DNA of 64,000 nucleotides from Chlorokybus atmophyticus (taxonomy: Eukaryota; Plantae; Mesostigma and Chlorokybus algae). Below the pieces are notes generated by a model. That model had not been told where the DNA came from. It searched no databases and saw nothing but the letters and a program-made list of their open reading frames with translations. Location of the stretch: NCBI GenBank assembly GCA_009103225.1, contig RHPI01002438.1:1122755-1186754 (forward strand), read 5' to 3'. The position numbers were made by a program, and so were the translations under genes. Shown one piece after another: positions 55,392-64,000 of the stretch (position 1 is the first letter of the stretch; each line of letters begins with the position of its first letter).

Positions 55392-55655
55392 CTTTAACAT
55401 TTGACTACGCCTATATAACAGGCACATGCTAGTTTTTTAGTTTAGCCTTAACAAGTGACTATGCCTAGTTAACAGGCACGGTTATTTATTAGGCTTTAAC
55501 CGGTGACTATAACCAACTAACGGGCACCTGTAGGTTGCACATCAGACCTTAACAGGTGACTGTACCTAATTAACATGCACCTGCACATTACACATTAGTC
55601 TTACTTAGGTGACTCAGCCTATATGACAGGCACCTGCAGGTTACACACCAGTCCA
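55392..55655. repeat. Degenerate ~53-bp minisatellite (about 5 units)
   Basis: Consensus approx. cyttaacaggtgactaygcctannnaacaggcacctgcaggttacacatcag; units start near 55392, 55446, 55494, 55547 and 55600. Confidence 0.85.
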
Positions 55656-56054
55656 GCGCAGGCAACTGAGCATAATTTACAAGCTCCAATTAGGTAATAA
55701 TTAGGTAATAATCAACAAGATAAGGCATTCTTTAAGCAAATAAAAGTGACTGATGCCTAACCGTTTTATATATATTTGCATAGCATGACTACACGCGACT
55801 GTCACTGACTGCCAGCATCATTTTATGCATGTGCTGTGTACAGGTACCTGAAATGTGTACAGTGTCTGTCAGTCACTTGCCAAGGCTTGTAGTTCGATTA
55901 TGTGACTTGCAGTTCTGTTGTATATCATGGCGATGCAAGTTTTTACATGCATAAGCATAATGACAATCGCTTGAGTTGGTTTAGGATGCACAACATTAAT
56001 TCACAAGAGCCTTGCAGCTGCGCACACTACCAGTTAAACGGACTACCAAATGCG

Positions 56055-57360
56055 CTACAGCTCCTCTCCATCATCGCCTTGCACGTCATCATGGAATAAA
56101 GCACCACGCGCTGGGGCCTGTAGAGGAGACGCCGGAGCTTGCTCTTCCTCCTCCTCAAACAGTTGCACCAGCCAACCAAATGCCGCTTCTGCCTCAGCGA
56201 GCGGGTCACGAGCTGCTGTCTCTTGCGGCCGGCGCCGATTGGGATCTTTTTGGTATTCGACACAAGATGCAGTGCGGCGTTTCACAAGGGTGAATGGCTG
56301 GAGGGCTGCGTACCGTTGCCTCAACTCTCACTTCATTGACATGATCATAACGTTGATTTCGCTGAGGTACTCTTTATATGTGTCGATACTAGCAGCTACA
56401 AGAGGGTCTCCATCCTTGCCTTTTAAAATGCGCTCCACTTGCGTAGTTTACAGGCATGTCTTAATGGCATTGAAAGCAACTATTCACTGCAGCGCGTTTG
56501 CAAGCCTGTAATTTGGGGCTACAGCATTCCTCCATTGCTGGTGATTTCATTCAGAGTGCTCACCGTCAGCAACAGATATGGTGAGGTGGTTAACTGTCAG
56601 CTGCCGGCGACCACGTGTAGTGACGGCGTAAGACCAGCATTGCACGATCATTTGCCAGATTATGGGATTACCCCATTTACAGATGTATCTCCTCCGCTCC
56701 GGGTTTGCATTGTCGGTCACGTCAAATTTTCGTCATAACTTGTCTGAGAGTTATACCAACAAGGCATTAGTCACGATATAGCCAATTCAAGTTGAGCTTG
56801 CACTAGGCTAGAATAGTGCCTATGACTTACATTGGAGCGCGTTTTGCGCATTTGGGCTTTGGGATCTCGGGGTCCCCAACTCACTTGCGCTTGTCGATGT
56901 TAAACAGTGTCCACTTGTACTCCTTCTCAAGGACATGCTTGATCTTGGTGAGGTTTTTAAACCGAACCTGTGAAGCTTTCTTCAAGGCGACACTCCAGTG
57001 GAAGGGGCACTCCTTGGGCGTCAAGTACACCTCATAAAACTTGGCTGCATCGGCCTCGTCGTTATGGTCGAAGCCAACTACCTGTCACGGGCATGTTGGT
57101 CAGTGTCACGGTGTAGTGAGGTCATGAAGCATTCACAGCACCTGACACATGATGTTACGAATAGTGTCCTCCTTGGGATAGACGTGGCTCTCTACCCGAT
57201 GGTCGTTTACGATTTTAACGACGGCATTTCGCAAGTGCTGTTTACAAAAGAACAATCCATTACACACAGTCTCACAGTGTCGCAGTGTCACACAGTCCTT
57301 ACCTTGTTGCCAATCTTCCACTTGCTTAAGGAAGGGTTGCTGACGGCCGAGGTTGCTACG
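56055..57360 (-). pseudogene. Degraded coding remnant, possibly a Mutator-like (MULE) transposase
   Basis: Stop-riddled frames. EDWQQG-x15-LFFCKQHLRNAV has the Asp-to-CxxHL spacing typical of the second catalytic Asp region of MULE transposases. The rest is not recognisable. Confidence 0.3.
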
Positions 57361-58199
57361 TCATGGCCAAATGTGTTTGGGTTGCGGGTTCCAATCGACC
57401 TCCTGCAAGCACAACCACGTGAGTCATGCTGTTAGCCATGAAAGATGCAACCCTCACAGTCGAGCAAGAAGAACAACATGCACAGAGTTTCCAGAACGCA
57501 TGCAGTGAGTCACTGTGCCAATCATGAAAGGAGCAAGCATCAAAGTTTGAAGTTGAGCAAGAAGCAACGTGCACAGTGCATTAAGAATGCATGCATTCTA
57601 GCTTGCCCTTGCGACTGCGGTGTCAGGTGGAGTTGTTGTGATGGGCTGGGCGTTAGCGCGGGGTCTTCCTGCACTTGGCTGGCCCAAAGTGGCTGCTGCT
57701 GGTTGGCGACAGTTGCCTGGTTGACCACTGGGGGCAATGTGGACTTGGGGCGCCGACCTCCGCGACGAGGTGCACCCACAAATGGACCACGAGGCATCTC
57801 TCTAATAGTCGGATGCCGCCTGCTTGGCTGGTGGCGCTGCCGCATTTAACGCTGCCGCTGCCAGATGGCCCGCCAAAATGTACGAGGCGCGAAAACGAAA
57901 CTGAGGCGGTTTTGAACGTCTGGTGTCTCGCGCTAGAGTTGCACTTGTAGTGCGTCCTTCTCTCCTATGGTTGATGGTACGACTTATGCATGCATACCAC
58001 CTATGCTTTATACAATTAAGGGTAATAATGGCGTGGAGATAACATCATGGTACGACAGAGGCACCTATCATCTAACCCCAGCCATTGGCGTACCATGGCT
58101 CCATCCATGGTACGACAGAGGCATCGCTCGACCAGCCATAATGGGAGTTAACGTGCACTCACTTAAACAGCTTCATTGATGGCGGGATGATGGCACGCA

Positions 58200-60124
58200 G
58201 GGGCATCAGGTCGATGATGGGACGAATGTCAGGCATAGTGGACCTGAATTCGATTAGGAGGCGGGAGACCAAGCGTAGACGGCGGCGGCGGCGGCGTGGC
58301 ACATCCTGCAAGAAGTTGTGGTCGTAAGAGTTCAAGCAACGAAGCCAGCTAATCTTGGGCGCCACGTCATGGATCATGGTAGGCGTGTGCAATGGGGCTG
58401 TCCAACATGCATCACCAACATTGGATATACCAGCAGGCAAGCCATCAAGGACCATCTTCACACAGCGAGCTGCTTGGTGGCTCGCTTTCGGCAACAAGGA
58501 GTGTATCAGGAGCTGCAGTCCTTGGAGCCCCTTGTCAGAACCATGCGGGACCAATTGCGACTGTGGGAACAAGCACAAAGGAATGTCGAGGTACGCTCAA
58601 CACATGCATTTCCTTGCAAGAGCAATGTTTGTTTGGGGCGCAGTCCATGTTAACATGTAGCGTGGCTGCAAGCCTCCACTATTCACCCATACCCACCCCA
58701 CAGTCAAGGCGACATTGCGGAAGCCAGAGCAGATAGACAGAGCTGGGCGGCGGTAAGTTGTTGCCAATCTCGCTGTGCATGTTGACTGCATGCACCTCCA
58801 ATGCATGCCTACATTTGCATGCTAGGATGTGCGTGAGCGTGCGAAGTCGCGCGCGCGTGCTGAACGAAGTAGGCTGGGTTAGAGCATCGGAGCGCGTGGC
58901 CATTCGTCCGGCATTCAACAAATAGTGCATCAACCAGCAATAAGGCAGTCCATGCAATCATTTGTGCATCAAGCAGCAATGCCGCAGGTGACTGTTCGAA
59001 ATAACCAATTGATAACGGTGTGATGCAGTTACCTATTGCAATTGCAATGTCGCAAGCATGCATCCAACCCACATGTGATTGGTTGACAGCAACACAGTGC
59101 ACTGGATCCTGTTAGAGCTCTTATGCAAGCCTGCAGTCAATCCCATCACCTGGTCCTTCAATCCCACTTGCTAATGGGCGCGGCGGCAATGCGGCATCAG
59201 TTCAACATGCATGTTGGCCTATTGAATCCCGACATGTCCATTGGGACAGTGGCGCATCCTGTGCCCATGGCTCACGAGCTCCGTGACGAGTCTGCGATTG
59301 AGGGTGGTGAGGAGAGTGCACCCAATACCACCTTGTTAGCCCCCAAGGCTTCCCCTGCTCCATGCAGCCCACGGGCCATTGAGGTAAGTTGCTGTCATTT
59401 ATAAGGGTACCTTGGTAACTATGCATCAGGCACATGCATAAGCTTATATTCGTTCTTTGCAACATTGTGAGCCATCTTATTTTGGGTGCTATTGACAGCC
59501 CCCCTTGCTGCATGCACAAGTGGTCTCACCTGCCGCACCTACTCCCCTCGCAGCCACAGCGCATCCACCTTCCGCGGCACCAGTCCTTCATGCACTGCCG
59601 TCTCCTCCACGAGCAGCACCGGTGATTGCGGGGTAACAATCCTTCTGAACGCAACCGGCAAGACCATAGCGTAATGCAACAACCGATGCGGCTGTTGCAC
59701 CTACCTTACCCCACCTCCTGCAAGTTAAAGCCGGCAGTCTGCCCAAATGCTTAGGTACTTTATCAGTCACTGTGACTCTTGCCATCGACAGTTGGGCACA
59801 CCATTTGAGTGCTGTATGCGCATGCACCAGGGGTCACCACATGTCTGCGAGTCATCACAGGAGCTGGCCGCAAACCGCATACGGCCACCAGTTATGCTAG
59901 GTGGCCAGCTCGCCTCATGGGACCACTTCAATGCGCTAACGGATGATAATTGCTTCTACCATTGTGTGTTTCGCGCCAAGCCATCTATAGCGCAAAGTGT
60001 TCTAGATGAGCACAAGTGCCCCAGCTCGAGCAAATTTTGGGCCATGATGGACACCATGGATGACGACGGCAGGGGGGACACTCTCCGCAAAATCACCGCC
60101 AGGCTGTCGATGCAGGCGTGGTGA
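58200..60124 (+). pseudogene. Decayed Cys/His-rich gene remnant
   Basis: The frame with WGCPTCITNIGYTSRQAIKDHLHTASC (C2H2-like) is preceded by two TAG stops; CDSCHRQLGTPFECC..H occurs at 59750-59850. No intact gene model. Confidence 0.3.
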
Positions 60125-60150
60125 GCAAACTTCTGCAGAGCCACTAGTGC

Positions 60151-60810
60151 TGTAACAGTTAAGGCCAAATTTCGTGATTTTCATGGCCATTTTAGGCCTT
60201 ATTGTGAGGTATTATGTTTTTCATGACTTGTGGCGGATATCGGCGAGTTGCGAGTCTGCCGGAGATATCGACCGGCCCAGGGCCTGTCTGGAAGACGCCG
60301 AAAAACGGAGGGCTAGTCGAGATGGGCTCGACCAGATTTTTGGAAGGGCCTGGCGCCAAGTAGTATAACCTGATTATATGAGCAGCAAATGAGGAGATCT
60401 TTGGTGCGTCTAGAAGTGTACTACTAAGATTCTGCAAGAGCATTTTAGTTTCTAGTTCCGTCTAGCGCTAGAACCTTCTAGACAGTAGCATGTGCAGACT
60501 GGTAGGTATAAAAGTGACATTCTGCAATTTGCAATACAACCTTTAGCTCCCTAGTTTCTTGTGTGCAAGCTTGGTGGTGCTTAGCAGGGGTTGCTAGCGT
60601 GTGTCCACTGGTGTGTGCTTACTTGTGTGATGATACAAGCGCTACACAAGTCGGTGTGTAGCTTCAAGCGCATGCGCGTGCATACGCGATTGGCGGGGCG
60701 CGCGTGTGTGCTTGGCAGAGGGGGCAAGGTTCAGGTGTGAATACCGTGTCTTGGTGAGAAGGTTGTTGATTGGACCAACTCATAGGTGACAAGGCACGAG
60801 CACCGTCACA
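60151..60810 (+). repeat. 5' LTR of copy 2 (660 bp)
   Basis: TGTAACAG...GTCACA; reverse complement of 52770-53440, visibly more diverged than the two copy-1 LTRs are from each other. Confidence 0.95.
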
Positions 60811-63800
60811 ACTCGTATCGGAGCACGGTTTACAAAGGTGAGAGCGGAAGTGTGTGGGCGTTTACACTTTTCATTCGGAAGCGGAGTGTAGTGTGTTAGT
60901 GGAGATGAAGGATGCTCGCATGGAAGAGCTTCAAACTGCCATCTTAGCATTGACGAAAGAGCTTCATCACACTCAAGCGGCGGCACAAGCACAACTCGAG
61001 GCGTATGAGCATGCGATGGCGCGCGTGCATGTGAAAATGCCAAATCCCAAGCCATTCAAGGGTCAACGTGATGGAGATGCAGTGGGTGAATGGATTTTTC
61101 AAGTATTGTCTTGGTTGAAGCTCACGGAGGTGCCCACGCATCTGTACGTGGAGGTTGCAGCGACATTGCTTGAAGGTGCAGCACTTGTATGGTGGAGACA
61201 TCGTTGTACGCGTGTTGCAAGTGGGTTGGCGCTACCATTGACCACCATGAAAGAGTTGGCAATGGAGGTCAGGCATCAATTTGTTCCCGTTGAGAGCGTG
61301 AAGGCCGCACGCGACAAACTTGCAGCCCTCGTGCAAATGGGGTCGGTGATGGCGTACACGGCTGCGTTTCAGCGATTGGTGATGTCCATACCCAATATGG
61401 CCGAGGAGAAGCAGCTGAACAGGTATACACGTGGTTTTAAACCTTTGGGGCATAAAAAAGTGGAGCTACGGGACCCGAGGACACTCGCGGAGGCTATACG
61501 CATCGCAGAGCGTCTCGACGCGTTGTACTTCAAGTCCACCACAAGAAACACTGACTGGAGGCAAAGGCATGGTGATCAGCCCCGGGGAGGCTTTCAACAT
61601 GCATGGAGACGAGGAGAACCAAGTTTAGCACTTGCCACTGGAGGTGGAGCCGACTCTGAGCCTGCACCAATGGAGGTGGGTGCCATACACACGCATGGAA
61701 GTGAGGCGAAGCACGGCGGACGTGGTGAAAGAGGTAAAGGTGTGCACAAGTGTTATGCATGTGGGCCGACGGAGCATTTGGCGTACGGATGCCCCAAACG
61801 AAGCACGCAAAGGCCAACACCGGATGGCAACCCTCGCCGTGATCGTCGCGTCAACACCATGGAGCAAATGGCGTGGAGCAGGAAAACGACTTCCCCCAGT
61901 AGGTGAGGAGGCTACTGCTGGGAATGGGAAGGAGCCTCATGCACGGAGGGATGCTGTGACATTTCCATCAAGGAAGCAAGAGAATATGGCTATGAACGCG
62001 CCAACGGTGGTGAGTTATGCAAAGGAGACAACAAGGTATTTCAGGCTTCGAGCACACATTTGCGATGACCAACGACGATGGAGAGAGTGTAAGCTCACGA
62101 TTGATAGCGGTGCCAGTAGCAACTTTATGAGTTTTGTTATTGCGCGGCGTTACGGTTGGCTTTCATCATTACGAGGAGGTGAAGTGAAGGTCGCTGATGG
62201 AGAGCCACCCTCTGGAGGTAATGGCGCTGCGTTTATGACCAGAGAGTTGTGCGTTCGCATTGGGAAGATGAAGGAGAACATGCGATTTTACTGCATCACC
62301 TTACGGAACGCGTTTGACGGGATTTTGGGACTACCGTGGCTATGGCAACATAATCCATCCTTTAATAGGAGGAAGCGCGTGCTCACCATCGAACGAATCG
62401 GTGGAGAGTCCATTCAAGGCATGCGCGCATGCCCTGTTGAACAGGAAGATCGCTTTGTGGAAAGCAAGAGAGATTATGCCATAGCTGCGTCGGACGTCAT
62501 CGCGGCACGGCACGCTCAATCAGGTGGTACGACAATTTCCCAGATCTCTTATGTGCAATTGAGGAAGTTATTGTCTCCACGGAAGGCAAAGGCTGCATGG
62601 TTGTGCGTGGTGCGCGAAAACACTGCAAAGTCAGCACCGGAGCTGAGTGACGGTGTTAAGATGGCTACGATGAACCCCGAAGTGTGTAAACTTGTTAAAG
62701 AATACCAAGATATCATGGTGGACGAACTTCCATCTGGTCTACCACCTCCACGGAGCGTAGACCACCGTGTGGAGCTGATTGAGGGCGTGCACAAGCCACC
62801 GTATCGACCCGTATGCAAGTTGTCACCTTTGGAGCTAGAAGAGACCGAGAGGCATGTGGCGGATTTGCTGAAAAGAGGCTACATCAGGCCTAGTAAGTCC
62901 CCTTATGGTGCACCTATTTTGCTTGTACGAAAGAAGAACAGGAGCTTGCGCATGTGTGTCGACTACCGAGCTCTCAACAACATCACGAAGAGGAATTGCT
63001 TTCCACTCCCACGCATCGACGAGTTGCTGGAGCAATTGCAAGGTGCGCAGTACTTCACAACACTTGATCTTGCTTGGAGGTTAGCACAAAATCCGCATCG
63101 CGCCCGACGACGTGGAGAGAACAGCTTTTGACACACGTTATGGGCACTACGAGTGATTGGTCATGTCCTTCGAACTTACGAACGCGCCGGCAACATTTCA
63201 AACGCTAATGAACAGCGTTTTCGCTGACTTGATTGGTAAGGGAGTCCTTGTGTAACTCGACAACATTTTGGTGTACACAAAGACAAAGGAGGAGCACGTG
63301 GCACTTCTACGGCGCGTGTTGCAGCGTTTGCGCGAACACGAGTTGTACGCCTAGCTGCAAAAGTGCAAATTCTTGCTTCGAGAGGTGGAGTACCTAGGCC
63401 ACATCGTGTCGCATGAAGGCATCAAGCCGGACCCCAACAAAGTGCAGGTGGTGCGCGAGTGGGCTGCCCCGACCAACGTAAAAGAGGTGATGTCTTTTTT
63501 AGGCCTTGCAGGGTATTATCGCACATAGCTGCTCCCTTGACTGCCCTACTCAAGAAGGGAAAGCCTTGGAGCTGGTCAGCAACAGAGGAACACGCATTTG
63601 CTGCGTTGAAGAAGGCGCTGACGGAGGCATCAGACCTGGCTCACCCCGACATGGAAAAGACATTTAATTTGGCTTGCGACACGTCCAACATAGCCGTAGG
63701 AGCTGTTTTAAAGCAAGACCATGGCAACGGCCTTCAACCGTTAGCATTTTTTAGCAAGAAGATGAGTGGTGCGGAGCTGAATTACCCCGTGCACGAGAAG

Positions 63801-64000
63801 GAACTTTTGGCGCAAGTAATGGCGCTACGACAATGGCGGTGTTTTTTGAAAGGCAAAAAGTTCGTGCTTAAGACGATTACTCTCCACTGAGGTACCTACA
63901 AAGACAACCTCATTCAAGTCGCAGACAAGCACGATGGCTGAAGTTCTTTCAACTTTTTGACTTCGATATCAAGTACAAGCCCCGTACGTCAAATGGTATT
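60151..64000 (+). mobile_element. Ty3/gypsy chromovirus LTR retrotransposon, copy 2 (same family, inactivated, runs off the window)
   Basis: 5' LTR 60151-60810, mutated PBS TCGTATCGGAGC (60813-60824), gag from ~60906, protease LTIDSGASSNF. The RT catalytic YLDD is destroyed (GTG TAA CTC GAC AAC at ~63250), with further stops and frameshifts. RNase H region from ~63650. Confidence 0.96.

Noticed and set aside
55392-55655. Repeat-spacer-like pattern resembling a CRISPR array
   Set aside because: The context is eukaryotic, the repeats are degenerate, the variable parts are short and mutually related, and there are no cas genes. It is a minisatellite.

Overview
Intron-rich eukaryotic nuclear DNA, most likely from a streptophyte green alga. 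This is inferred from a plant-type RbcS with a short betaA-betaB loop, PGRL1, an ACT-domain STY kinase and a ZFN-type CCCH protein; the species cannot be determined from sequence alone. The left ~43.5 kb is gene-dense: strawberry-notch-like helicase (-), CTU1 (+), PGRL1 (+), five-finger CCCH protein (-), an unknown UVR-like protein (-), a SPRING1/C12orf49-like protein (+), a stand-alone YbeY plus an intronless ORF starting 5 nt after its stop (-), an STY8/17/46-like kinase (+) and rbcS (-). The right ~20 kb is repetitive: a 3.2-kb (TG)n run ending at an N, two decayed head-to-head chromovirus (Ty3/gypsy) copies, a TRIM-like mini-retroelement, a minisatellite and degraded coding remnants. Three observations stand out. 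(1) The Rubisco small subunit carries a 33-aa Gly/Tyr/Gln/Ser prion-like C-terminal tail, a candidate built-in condensation (pyrenoid) module. (2) YbeY and the downstream ORF look like a bicistronic unit. (3) The SPRING domain is fused to an MGAT5-C-terminal-like Cys-rich domain. All exon structures were assembled by eye, and family assignments come from recalled motifs, not database searches.
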